Shown: positions 1 through 8,899, counted from the first letter of the stretch. The stretch: DNA of 64,000 bases from Candidatus Latescibacterota bacterium (GCA_965219385.1 CBDCNM010000002.1:4040305-4104304), one strand, 5' to 3'. Notes: generated by a model from the sequence alone, not told the origin. Translations and numbers: made by a program.

Positions 1-639
1 TTGCCCTATAGTAAAAACCCTCATCTCTTCCAACCTGGTTCGGGTGACCTGGCCAACACCCGGGATCTTAGATACGGGCAAATTCCGCAAAAACTTCTCC
101 ACTTGATCGGGCATGATCACGAACAGGCCATCGGGCTTTTCATGGTCGGAGGCGATTTTGGCCAGGAATTTGCAGGGAGCCACTCCGGCGGATGCCGTCA
201 GGTGTAGTTGCCGGCGTATATCCGCCTTAATCATCTTGGCGACCCGCGAGCCAAAGGGTATATCCAGCTTGTTATAGGTTACATCCAGATAGGCCTCGTC
301 CAGGGCTACAGGTTCGATCAGGTCGGTGTACTCCCGGAAGATGGCGTGGAACTGGGCGGAAACGCGGCGGTACTTGGCGAAGTCGGCCTGGACGCGGATG
401 AGGTGCGGACATAACCGCAGAGCGGTTTTCATGGGCATGGCCGAATGGATGCCAGAGGCCCGGGCCTCGTAGGAGGCCGCCGCAACCACGCCGCGCGCCC
501 CGGGGTCGCCTCCAACCACCACAGGTTGCCCGACCAACTCGGGATTGTCGCGCTGTTCGACCGAGGCGTAAAAGGCATCCATGTCGATGTGGATTATCTT
601 GCGTTGGGTGGAAGGTTTATAGGTGGAGGGCCGGCTCAT
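1..639 (-). CDS. dinB: DNA polymerase IV (Y-family), 3' end outside window
   Basis: Not in the ORF track because it runs off the edge. Manual translation from ATG at 639 gives MSRPSTYKPSTQRKIIHIDMDAFYASVEQRDNPEL...AASYEAR...EPVALDEAYLDVT...TASAGVAPCKFLAKIASDHEKPDG. The start overlaps the ygfZ stop (ATGA). Confidence 0.95.
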   Translation of the reverse strand, partial: MSRPSTYKPSTQRKIIHIDMDAFYASVEQRDNPELVGQPVVVGGDPGARGVVAAASYEARASGIHSAMPMKTALRLCPHLIRVQADFAKYRRVSAQFHAIFREYTDLIEPVALDEAYLDVTYNKLDIPFGSRVAKMIKADIRRQLHLTASAGVAPCKFLAKIASDHEKPDGLFVIMPDQVEKFLRNLPVSKIPGVGQVTRTRLEEMRVFTIGQ

Positions 640-1703
640 GTTCGGGAAATAAATGGCAGGGCGATGATCTCGGCTCTACAGGTCGTGCCATTCAGCGAAA
701 AATCGACCGCGGTACCCGGGTTGCAGTGGGCGCTGCGGACATAGGCCAGGGCGATGTTGTGCCGCAGGCGAGGAGAGTATGTGGCCGAGGTAATTTTGCC
801 CACTGCCCTTCCTCCTACTTCGAGAGGCGTTGCAAAAGTGGGCAAGGCGCCTTGCGGTAATTTGAGCCCCATGAGGTGTTGCTTCACCTTGTCGTAGGTA
901 TTCAGACGGGCGATCACTTCCTGGCCGATATAGCAGCCTTTGTCCATGTGAATGACGTGATTCAAGCCGGCCTCCCAGGGGTTGTGGTCTTCGGTCAACT
1001 CGCGCTCGTACAAAGGTATTCCGACCTCGATGCGCAGGATTTCAAAGGCTTCTTCGCCCATGGGTCGGGCGCCACTGGCCCGTAGCTTTAGCCAGATATT
1101 CCGCGCTTCCTGGATGGGGCCTATCACCCTCAGGCCGGCGTGGCCGGAAAAATCTAGGCGCATTAACCAGGGCTCGTCCTGTTGGGGACGGCTCAGTAGA
1201 TGGTGGTTGGCAGCCTTGCGCAGGTCTATGTCCAGGGCTGTCGAGGCAATATCCACCGCCCGCGGACCGGACAGATCGATCATGGCGGTTGTGGGGGTGA
1301 TGTCCTCCAGGGTGATATCTTCGCTGAAGATATAGCGGTCGAGCCATGCGGGAACCTGCTCGCGGCCCGGTGGACTGAGGATGGCGAGAGTAGATGCTGC
1401 GTCCCGGTAAAAGATGCCCAACTCCAGGATGCGGCCCCGGTTGTCGGGTAAAACCGCCTCGAAACCACTGCCGGATTGCAGGGTGGCGAAATCATTGGTG
1501 CTCATGCGGTGCAGGAGATCCAGGTGGTCCTTGCCGCTGATACAGATGCGGCCCCAGTGCGAAGTGTCCCGCAGCACTGCCGCCGAATGTGCAGCCTGGT
1601 GTTCGACCTGGATATCGCCGTAGTGGGCGGGCATTTCCCAGCTGGAATAGGTCGAGTACTCGGCACCTTGTTCCTGGGTTAGATCGAACAGGGGACTCTG
1701 CAA
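636..1703 (-). CDS. ygfZ: YgfZ/GcvT-family folate-binding aminomethyltransferase-like protein
   Basis: YgfZ signature KGCYIGQE; GcvT-like N- and C-terminal motifs (WEMPAHYGD, VGKITSATYSPRL..IALAYV); TTG start. Confidence 0.85.
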   Translation of the reverse strand: MQSPLFDLTQEQGAEYSTYSSWEMPAHYGDIQVEHQAAHSAAVLRDTSHWGRICISGKDHLDLLHRMSTNDFATLQSGSGFEAVLPDNRGRILELGIFYRDAASTLAILSPPGREQVPAWLDRYIFSEDITLEDITPTTAMIDLSGPRAVDIASTALDIDLRKAANHHLLSRPQQDEPWLMRLDFSGHAGLRVIGPIQEARNIWLKLRASGARPMGEEAFEILRIEVGIPLYERELTEDHNPWEAGLNHVIHMDKGCYIGQEVIARLNTYDKVKQHLMGLKLPQGALPTFATPLEVGGRAVGKITSATYSPRLRHNIALAYVRSAHCNPGTAVDFSLNGTTCRAEIIALPFISRT

Positions 1704-1746
1704 ATTTATTTTCCTAGCTCTGAGTTTTGCTCCTAAGAAGGCTCCT

Positions 1747-1927
1747 AATATTCAGTACTTCACGGAATCGGCGGGCGGGGCTGGGTGGGGATGGTGCCTC
1801 TGGGGTTTTATGAGGCCCAGGGCGCTCTTGCCCCGCTCCCCCTTCCCGCTGCTACGCCTGCTGGCAGCCCACCCTCCCAGCCTTGAGGTCCAAATAGTTA
1901 CGGGTATTTCGTGCAGTAGTGAATATT
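1747..1927. repeat. 181-bp intergenic element with imperfect terminal inverted repeats and a nested GC-rich stem
   Basis: aatattcagtacttcacggaat (from 1747) matches the reverse complement of atttcgtgcagtagtgaatatt (to 1927) at 19/22. Internal arms are ggctgggtgggg and ccctcccagcc. Confidence 0.6.
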
Positions 1928-1969
1928 GCCAAGATACTCGAAACCTGGTGCCCGGGCAAGGTCTAGGTT

Positions 1970-4900
1970 TCAAGTGTTCTCGATAATCTCGAAACGGGAG
2001 CCTATGTCCGGGTGCTTGGTAACCTCAACCTGGACCGGAAAGGCATTCTTGAGTTCAGGCAAGTGGGTGACCACCAGCAACTTGTCGAAGTCCTTGCTGA
2101 TCTCCTGGATCGCCTGGACCAGATGCTCGAGCCCCTGACTGTCCTGGGTGCCAAAGCCCTCGTCTATAATCAGGGTGCGGAGACGGGTGCCCGCGCGGCG
2201 GGCCAGAACCTTGGAAAGGGCGATGCGCAGAGCAAAATTGGTGCGGAAGGCCTCGCCGCCTGAGTAGAGATGGTAAGAGCGTTCGCCAATCTCATCGGCA
2301 ATTTTGATATCCAGGGTTTCCCGGGTACCTCCCTTTTTCAGGTCCCGCAGGGATTCAATGGAGATCTGGATTCGGTTATCGGTCAGGCGCGAGAGAAGGG
2401 AATTGGCCTCCTCTTCGATTTCGGGGATGGTATTTTCAATGATCAAAGCCTGGATGCCGTCTTTGCCAAAGGCCTCGACTAACTGCTGGTAGACCCAGAC
2501 CTCTTTTTCCACATCGCGCCGTTGCTCCTGGATCTGATCGCGCTCCTTTGCCCCTTCCACACAGCGATCAAATTGTGCCTGTAGAAAGCCTTGATGCTGG
2601 AGGAGTTGATCCCTTTCTGTGCGCATCCGGTCAAGGCTGGCCGAAGTTTCATGGAAATTTTGGTCGACATCTGCAAGCCTTCGAATTCTTTGTTCCTGGT
2701 TGGCAATCTCTTCTGCCAGCTTCTCGAGATCCTTTCGCAAAACATCCAATTCTTTTTCGTTTTTTTTTAGGGCTTCCTGGTTCGAGGTATGGCGTTGCTG
2801 GGCGAGGCTCAGGTTTTCCCGGCGGGCGACCGCATCGCTCAGTTCGTCCATATGGGTGCGGATCCTTCGGTGTTCATCGGGGTCGTAGTCCAGGTCTTGA
2901 ATCTCAGCCTGGAGCTTTTTCAGCTCCTGCCGTTCCTGCTGGGCGTAACGCTTGTCTTCGAGGTATTTGCGGGCCAATTCGAGCTTTTCGGAGGCTTCGG
3001 AAAGCTCGGTTAGAGTCTTTTCTTCCTGGGCGCGAGCATCCTTTAGGAGTGCCCTGTTTACTTCGGCTGTGCCCAGCTCTTCCAGGGTTTCCCTGACTCT
3101 TGTGTGCTGATCCTCCTGGTAGTTCAGGTTTGCCAGTTCTTCCTTTAGTTGTACCAGTCGCTGCTGTTGTTCAGCCGCATATTGGCCGTTTTTAATAGCG
3201 TGGTTCAGGGTGGTGAGCTGATCCTCCATTTGCTGCAATTCCAGCCCGGCTTGGTGGATTTGTGCCTGGTGAGCTTTCTGGCTCGCCAGTTCCTGGCGCA
3301 GGTCCTTCAGAGGCTGAATCTGTTGCTCGAGGTGCTGGAAGTGATGCCTCATGGTTTCGAGGTTTTTTTCGATTCCCCGAATGTTATGGCGATGTTGCTC
3401 GAGCCGGTTCACCTGTTCCTGCTCCTGGCGCGTCAATTCCTCGCTGAGTTGGAGCCGATGTAGCTCATCCAATTTGCTGCCGCACAACGGACAGTCGGCC
3501 TGGGCAGAGTCCTGGAGGATGAGCATCTTTTCGCGAGCCCTGGCGATCGCTTCCTCCAGCTCGGGAAGGCGTTGCTGTTGTTGGGCGAGTTGAGTGCGCA
3601 GGGTTGTACCTTTCTCTTTGACTTGGTCGCGGTCTTCGGTCTGAAGTTGTAGGGTTTTTATCTCCTGTTCCAGGGCCAAAATTCGCTGGTCTATGGCCTT
3701 TTTCTCCCACAGGCGACCACGCCAGGTTTCCACCTGGGTTTTCAATGCTTCTTCCCGGGTGGAAAGGCGCTGTTTTTCCAGGTTGATATCATGTTGCAGC
3801 TGATCCTGGTCGCGTTGCAGAATTTGGTGGCGCAGACGCTGCTTTTCCAGAGCCTGTTGCTGTTGACGGGTGGCGGCAAAGAGATTGTACCGAGTCTCAA
3901 TGGTCTCCTTCCGTTCTAGAAGAGAGTGGAAATGTTGCAGCTGGTTTTGCAGGGTCTGTCGGCTCGCTTCCCAGTTTTCACAACGCCGTTCAACCTCATG
4001 ACGTTCGTCGATGATTCGGGCTTCCAGAATGCGGCCCTTCGCCTCCAATTCCCTCAGGCATTCCATGTCCTGTTTCAGCTGGCCATCTCGGGCAGAGAGT
4101 TGCTGAAAAGTCGCGTAATTTTGCTGGATGGTAGAAGATGCCGCGAGTATCTCGCTGTCCCTGTGCCGCTGGGCATGGAGGTGTTCTCGGTCTTGTTCAA
4201 TTGCCCGGCGACGTTCCTCAAGATGTGTTCTTTCCTGGTTTGTCGCCGCCAGTTGGCTCTGGAGCTGGTTTCGTTCCAGACGTTGCTCGCGCAACTCGTC
4301 CAGAGCCCTAGCGCTGGCGTCAACAGCAGCAGTGAGTTCCCGGAGTTGGATCGAGAGTTCTCGTAGCTGGCTCTGGTACTCGTCCTGGTGGGCCAGTTCG
4401 GCATTCAATTCCTGGAGCCTCCGCTGCAGATCCGCGGAGGCTTGGTTTTTTTTCTGCAAGTGTGTGCGGGCCCGCTCTTGCAGCTGGTCGAAGCGCCTGA
4501 GGCCCAGGACTTCGGCCAGCACTTCCTTGCGCTGCCGGGCTCCCTTCTGGGTGAACTCATCGGCTCTGCCCTGTACGATAAAAGCGGAGTTGATGAAGGT
4601 GTCGTAGTCCATGGAAAGGAGCTGATTGATGCGCCGCTGTGTTTGAGTCAGAGAAGAGCCTTCTGATAAGGGTCGGAAGGTATCGGCTTGCTCGTCCAAG
4701 ATTTGCAATTCGAGCTGGGCGGAGTTGGTGCGCCTGCCTTTGCGAAAACTGCGGATAATGCGAAAGTGGTTTTCGCCCAGTTCAAAACAAAACTCGACCC
4801 GCATTTCGCTGGCGCCGAGACGCAAAAGGCCTTCATCCGGCTTGCGCTCTGTGGTGTTCTTGCGGGCTTCGCCCCAGAGCGCATAGGTCATGGCATCCAG

Positions 4901-5026
4901 CAATGCCGATTTGCCATGTCCATTGTTTCCGGTCAAGCAGGCGACCTGAAAGCGGGTAAAATCGAGAGGCGGGACTTGATCGCCATAGCTTAGAAAGTTG
5001 CTTAGGAAAAGACGGGTGGGCACCAT
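1970..5026 (-). CDS. sbcC: SbcC/Rad50 SMC-family ATPase
   Basis: Walker A GNNGHGKS, Q-loop VQG, long coiled coil with CPLC zinc hook, signature YSGGE, Walker B LIIDEGFG, H-loop VTH; adjacent to sbcD. Confidence 0.93.
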   Translation of the reverse strand: MVPTRLFLSNFLSYGDQVPPLDFTRFQVACLTGNNGHGKSALLDAMTYALWGEARKNTTERKPDEGLLRLGASEMRVEFCFELGENHFRIIRSFRKGRRTNSAQLELQILDEQADTFRPLSEGSSLTQTQRRINQLLSMDYDTFINSAFIVQGRADEFTQKGARQRKEVLAEVLGLRRFDQLQERARTHLQKKNQASADLQRRLQELNAELAHQDEYQSQLRELSIQLRELTAAVDASARALDELREQRLERNQLQSQLAATNQERTHLEERRRAIEQDREHLHAQRHRDSEILAASSTIQQNYATFQQLSARDGQLKQDMECLRELEAKGRILEARIIDERHEVERRCENWEASRQTLQNQLQHFHSLLERKETIETRYNLFAATRQQQQALEKQRLRHQILQRDQDQLQHDINLEKQRLSTREEALKTQVETWRGRLWEKKAIDQRILALEQEIKTLQLQTEDRDQVKEKGTTLRTQLAQQQQRLPELEEAIARAREKMLILQDSAQADCPLCGSKLDELHRLQLSEELTRQEQEQVNRLEQHRHNIRGIEKNLETMRHHFQHLEQQIQPLKDLRQELASQKAHQAQIHQAGLELQQMEDQLTTLNHAIKNGQYAAEQQQRLVQLKEELANLNYQEDQHTRVRETLEELGTAEVNRALLKDARAQEEKTLTELSEASEKLELARKYLEDKRYAQQERQELKKLQAEIQDLDYDPDEHRRIRTHMDELSDAVARRENLSLAQQRHTSNQEALKKNEKELDVLRKDLEKLAEEIANQEQRIRRLADVDQNFHETSASLDRMRTERDQLLQHQGFLQAQFDRCVEGAKERDQIQEQRRDVEKEVWVYQQLVEAFGKDGIQALIIENTIPEIEEEANSLLSRLTDNRIQISIESLRDLKKGGTRETLDIKIADEIGERSYHLYSGGEAFRTNFALRIALSKVLARRAGTRLRTLIIDEGFGTQDSQGLEHLVQAIQEISKDFDKLLVVTHLPELKNAFPVQVEVTKHPDIGSRFEIIENT

Positions 5027-5029
5027 AAT

Positions 5030-6307
5030 TCAGGGTGTGTTGTCTTCCGGGTTGAGAAGTTCGAGTTCCTGCTCCAAGTCGCGGGCATGGCGCTGTAGGG
5101 TATCTCGGTGAGTCTCCAAATGGGGATTATTCGCAATATACTTATCAAGGGCTTCCTTCAGACCCAGGTCTTCGGTGATGGTAGCTCGCCGCTGACGGGC
5201 ATGGGTAGTAAATTGGGGTTGAATTCCGGCTACGCAGAAGGCCGGAGCAAGAGCCTGGTGTAGGCGATCGAGATCCACCGCCGTATTGGCAGCGACGGGC
5301 AGGGTGTAAATTACCCGTACGACGGCGCCTTTAATGTTGCTTTTGCCTATGGCATCGACTATCCGCTCGGTGGGGTCCTCTCCTTCGAGAACCTCCAGTT
5401 GTACAGTGACAAAGGGTCGGGCAGGGGTTGGAATAAATTCATAGAGCGCGTGGAATGCCCGAGTAGTTGGTCCACCAGGAGATTGCTTTTCTAGCTCTAC
5501 TAGGCAAAAGCCTTTTTCGTCTTGTTCTTCGCCAAAGTTGATGCGTTCGAGGCTACCGGCATAAACCACGGGCGGCGAGGCTCCTGGGTGTAGATCCTGG
5601 TGTTTGTGCACATGTCCAAGAGCGACGTAATCAAAGGCGGGATGAGCCAGGACACCGGTTAGCAAAGTCGGATCCCGACCAATGACAGCCGTGCGTTCGG
5701 AGCCCGAATAGGTCGCTTCGGCGGCGGCGACATGGGCGGTGAGAATGGCTGGCAGGGTGGGGTCGACCTGGCGGGCGAATTCCTCGATCTGGGTAGTGCA
5801 TATTTCTTCAATCTTTTTGGTTATGGCCTCCTGGGGCAGGTCCTTGTAGTTCTCGTTGGTCCGCAGCAGGTGGCGGGTAGGCCAGGGCAGGCCGGCGATT
5901 TGCAGCGGACCGCTCCGGGTGTCGATGGGGAATAGCAAGGGTCGGCGGATGACATGGGTGTTGTCCAGTTCAAGGGCAGTGAAAATATCCATGGAGGTAG
6001 CCTTCCCATAAGCAACTGGAACATCGTGATTGCCAACCACCATGACCAGGGGGATGGCGGCTTGCTGGAGACGGCGTACCTGAAGGGCGAATTCGCGCTG
6101 ATAGGTGGGACTGGGGTCGCAGGTTTTATAGGCATCCCCGGCGAAGATGACCAGGTCTACCTCTTCCTCTATGGCCAGGTCGAAGACAAAGCTCAGGCTC
6201 TTGACAAAGTCCCGGGCTCGCATGTGCAAACCAGTACTGGGGTCGAGATGACCATAGTTTTCGATTCCCAGATGGAAATCGGCAAAATGGAGGAAGCGCA
6301 AACCCAT
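5030..6307 (-). CDS. sbcD: SbcD/Mre11 nuclease
   Basis: Metallophosphoesterase motifs ADFHLG, AGD, GNHD and YVALGHVH, plus YAGSLERINFGE. Confidence 0.93.
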   Translation of the reverse strand: MGLRFLHFADFHLGIENYGHLDPSTGLHMRARDFVKSLSFVFDLAIEEEVDLVIFAGDAYKTCDPSPTYQREFALQVRRLQQAAIPLVMVVGNHDVPVAYGKATSMDIFTALELDNTHVIRRPLLFPIDTRSGPLQIAGLPWPTRHLLRTNENYKDLPQEAITKKIEEICTTQIEEFARQVDPTLPAILTAHVAAAEATYSGSERTAVIGRDPTLLTGVLAHPAFDYVALGHVHKHQDLHPGASPPVVYAGSLERINFGEEQDEKGFCLVELEKQSPGGPTTRAFHALYEFIPTPARPFVTVQLEVLEGEDPTERIVDAIGKSNIKGAVVRVIYTLPVAANTAVDLDRLHQALAPAFCVAGIQPQFTTHARQRRATITEDLGLKEALDKYIANNPHLETHRDTLQRHARDLEQELELLNPEDNTP

Positions 6308-6435
6308 TAGTACTCAGGAGAAAAAAATCCAAGTGTATACGCTGATTCAGCTCAACGAAATCTCAACCCTTTACCTTATAATATAAGGAGTAGAAAAAAC
6401 CAAGGGAAAAGAAAAAAATGAACCGGATTGACTTC

Positions 6436-6464
6436 TTGCATCCCAAAGTAATTTTTACTATATT
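6436..6464 (+). promoter_or_regulatory. Putative sigma-70 promoter of greA
   Basis: TTGCAT-N17-TATATT in an AT-rich intergenic region. Confidence 0.5.
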
Positions 6465-6479
6465 GAAAAAAGTTGTGGT

Positions 6480-6510
6480 AGCGGGAGCGGTTGACGCTTC
6501 CGCTTTTTAT
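6480..6510 (+). terminator. Intrinsic terminator/attenuator in the greA leader
   Basis: agcgggagcg-gttga-cgcttccgct hairpin followed by a T run, between the putative promoter and the greA start. Confidence 0.65.
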
Positions 6511-6548
6511 GTGAATTATAAGGCTAGAATCGGTTCAGGAGAACGGAC

Positions 6549-7019
6549 ATGAGCCAGGTCTATCTATCCAGAGAGGGCTACCAGAAGCTCCAGGATGAGT
6601 TGCAAGAGCTCAAAGAAAAGGAGCGCCCCACGGTGCGACAGTCTCTACAGCGGGCAAGAGAATTCGGCGATTTGTCGGAAAATGCCGAATACAGTGCCGC
6701 TAAAGAACGGCTGATGTTCCTCGAGCAACGCATCAACAAACTGCAAGAGACCCTCAGCCGTGTTCGCCTGCTCGAAAATGAGAATATCCCCGACGACAAG
6801 GTGTACATTGGGGCCACTGTTGAGTTGTTGGACTTGAAGAATAGCAGGGAACTCAAGTATACTCTGGTGGCCCCCGAAGAGGCGGATTTTGAGAATGGAA
6901 AGATTTCCACTGTTTCTCCCATCGGCAAGGGGCTCCTGGGGCACTCCGAGGACGAAGAAGTGGAAATTCAGGTGCCGGCCGGGACGCTCAAATACAAGAT
7001 TGTAAAGATATCCCGCTGA
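6549..7019 (+). CDS. greA: Transcription elongation factor GreA
   Basis: AREFGDLSENAEY motif; C-terminal KISTVSPIGKGLLG; SD aggag. Confidence 0.96.
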   Translation: MSQVYLSREGYQKLQDELQELKEKERPTVRQSLQRAREFGDLSENAEYSAAKERLMFLEQRINKLQETLSRVRLLENENIPDDKVYIGATVELLDLKNSRELKYTLVAPEEADFENGKISTVSPIGKGLLGHSEDEEVEIQVPAGTLKYKIVKISR

Positions 7020-7044
7020 GATTTTTTTGATCTAACGAGCCCAA

Positions 7045-7402
7045 ACTCCCGGGCTGGAGTCGTGACGGGGGCTGGCCGCCGCTGATGGAGCGGCTGCCCC
7101 CTAGCAAGAGCGCCAGCGCCAAGAACGCAATCCTCCCGGTGGTCGTCGTCGTTGACGCGTACAGTGTAAAGATTATAAAGTCAGAAAAAACAAAGAGTTA
7201 GGATACCGGTAAAAGCGTCAATGGACGCAAACGACCCTGGTCGGTTGATACCTTGGGACCGCTTCTCGGCGTACGGGGCACCCCTGCCGATGCGGGCGAT
7301 CGCCAGGGCTTGATGGGGCTGTTGAGCGCCTATTTCCCCCCCAGGGGGCACCGCCTGAAAAAGCGGTGGGGCGATGGTCGCCATGGGGGGGGAGACGCTC
7401 AA
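7045..7402 (+). ncRNA. Candidate structured RNA / array of long GC-rich hairpins, unidentified
   Basis: Four consecutive stem domains (7067-7101, 7141-7236, 7235-7308, 7322-7402), several with G-U pairs on the + strand. No credible ORF. Confidence 0.3.
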
Positions 7403-7424
7403 AACCAAAGGGGGTGTGGTGGGG

Positions 7425-7453
7425 TTGACAGTAATACGAGGGGATCTTATCTT
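7425..7453 (+). promoter_or_regulatory. Putative sigma-70 promoter of the tRNA-rpmG-secE-nusG transcript
   Basis: TTGACA-N17-TATCTT about 50 nt upstream of tRNA-Gly. Confidence 0.65.
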
Positions 7454-7503
7454 TGTAAGTCTATCAATTTAGGATGATTTTAGTATGCATGCGCCGGGGA
7501 AAG

Positions 7504-7580
7504 GCGGGAGTAGCTCAGTTGGCTAGAGCGCGAGCCTTCCAAGCTCGATGTCGCGGGTTCGAGTCCCGTTTCCCGCTCCA
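7504..7580 (+). tRNA. tRNA-Gly(TCC)
   Basis: Acceptor GCGGGAG/TTCCCGC, anticodon arm CGAGC-CTTCCAA-GCTCG, GTTCGA T-loop, encoded CCA. Confidence 0.96.
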
Positions 7581-7625
7581 GCAAATACCATAAGGTGTCG
7601 TCAATTCCATCCAGTGTTTGGTAAA

Positions 7626-7701
<76 letters not shown>

Positions 7702-7739
7702 GTTCTTCCTCTACTTAAATTTGTCCTCAACGAGTTGGT

Positions 7740-7892
7740 ATGCCACGCGATCAAGTGATATTGGAATGCGAAGTCTGCAGCCGGCGCAACTATGCTACAA
7801 CCAAGAACCGGCGTTTACATCCTGGTCGTATTGAACATAAAAAGTACTGTAGGTTTTGTCGCAAGCACACTTCGCATAAAGAGACCCGGTAA
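7740..7892 (+). CDS. rpmG: 50S ribosomal protein L33 (zinc-binding type)
   Basis: Manual translation MPRDQVILECEVCSRRNYATTKNRRLHPGRIEHKKYCRFCRKHTSHKETR; 50 aa, below the ORF-track cutoff. Confidence 0.95.
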   Translation: MPRDQVILECEVCSRRNYATTKNRRLHPGRIEHKKYCRFCRKHTSHKETR

Positions 7893-7896
7893 GGGT

Positions 7897-7972
7897 AGGC
7901 CTGTAGCTCAATTGGTAGAGCACCGGTCTCCAAAACCGGGGGTTGCAGGTTCAAGTCCTGCCAGGCCTGCCA
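7897..7972 (+). tRNA. tRNA-Trp(CCA)
   Basis: Acceptor AGGCCTG/CAGGCCT, anticodon arm CCGGT-CTCCAAA-ACCGG, encoded CCA; conserved position before secE. Confidence 0.96.
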
Positions 7973-8026
7973 ACGCAGTTTTTCGAGGATGGGCTCCACA
8001 GGATTTTCACGCAAGACTGGCACAGG

Positions 8027-8215
8027 ATGTGGCATAAACTTAGTAGTTTTGTGAAAGAGGTTCAAGTCGAATTCACCAGGGTCAACTGGCCTACGCGTGA
8101 AGAGTTGATCAATTCTACCGGTGTAGTTCTGATTTTTTCCATCGCTTTCGCGATTTTTATTGGCATATTCGATTTTTTTATTTCCCAGATCTGGAAGTTA
8201 TTCCTCGGTCAATAG
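8027..8215 (+). CDS. secE: Preprotein translocase subunit SecE
   Basis: EFTRVNWPTREEL motif followed by one TM helix; lies between tRNA-Trp and nusG. Start moved to the ATG at 8027. Confidence 0.92.
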   Translation: MWHKLSSFVKEVQVEFTRVNWPTREELINSTGVVLIFSIAFAIFIGIFDFFISQIWKLFLGQ

Positions 8216-8315
8216 ACTTCCTCATGAACTGATGCAAGCTCGACAGCCAGCGGCGTGGCATAACCGCCGCTAATTTTGTGCTTTATCAAGCAGGTTACAG
8301 CGCAGGACTCGTTTT

Positions 8316-8861
8316 ATGGCAAATCATTGGTATGCATTGCATACGTATTCCGGGCACGAGAACAAGGTCAAAGTCTATCTCGAATCATTAGTCGAGTCCG
8401 CGGCCGCAAATGGAGCAATTGCCCAAGTGGTGGTCCCCACTGAGGAGGTTGTGGAGATGAGGGGGGGTAAAAAGACGGTCACCAAGAAACACTTTTTGCC
8501 CAGTTACGTACTGGTCGAAATGGAAATGTCCAAAGATGCCTGCCACCTGGTAACCAATATACCCGGTGTGACCAATTTCGTCGGTCCAGCTCGCAAACCC
8601 CAACCTCTGCGGCAGGAAGAGGTCGATCACATTCTTGGGTATATCGATCGGCGCAAGGCCAAGGCAGTCGAGGATATTCCTTTTTCTATCGGGGATCAGG
8701 TTAAGGTCAACGATGGCGTTTTTAAGGACTTCATAGGCACGATCCAGGAGTTGATCCCCGAAAAGCGTCGGGTTAAGATCATGGTGAGTATTTTTGGTCG
8801 CGGAACTCCCGTAGAGTTGGATGTACTGCAGGTAGAACTGGCAGAAGAAACTGGTAATTGA
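8316..8861 (+). CDS. nusG: Transcription termination/antitermination factor NusG
   Basis: WYALHTYSGHENKVK NGN domain, KOW motif, VSIFGRGTPVEL. Confidence 0.96.
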   Translation: MANHWYALHTYSGHENKVKVYLESLVESAAANGAIAQVVVPTEEVVEMRGGKKTVTKKHFLPSYVLVEMEMSKDACHLVTNIPGVTNFVGPARKPQPLRQEEVDHILGYIDRRKAKAVEDIPFSIGDQVKVNDGVFKDFIGTIQELIPEKRRVKIMVSIFGRGTPVELDVLQVELAEETGN

Positions 8862-8899
8862 TTGATAACTTCAGGAAATAAACCAGGTAGAAAGAAGCT

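Noticed and set aside
1..744. Three short + strand ORFs in the track
   Set aside because: They are antisense shadows of dinB and ygfZ on the minus strand.
1970..6307. SMC + nuclease pair as a Wadjet/Lamassu-type defence system
   Set aside because: The zinc hook and Mre11-type motifs identify housekeeping SbcCD, and no effector genes are adjacent.
6308..6548. LexA box upstream of the repair genes
   Set aside because: No CTGT-N8-ACAG, CGAAC-N4-GTTCG or GTTC-N7-GTTC match found by eye.
7045..7402. RNase P RNA, tmRNA, SRP RNA or extra tRNAs
   Set aside because: No GAGGAAAGUCC, no tRNA-like CCA end or T-loop, and no SRP helix-8 motif seen on either strand. Kept only as an unidentified candidate.
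7181..7477. 74-75 aa ORFs between greA and tRNA-Gly
   Set aside because: GC-rich low-information translations with no recognisable motif; they overlap the hairpins, and the + strand one also crosses the promoter.
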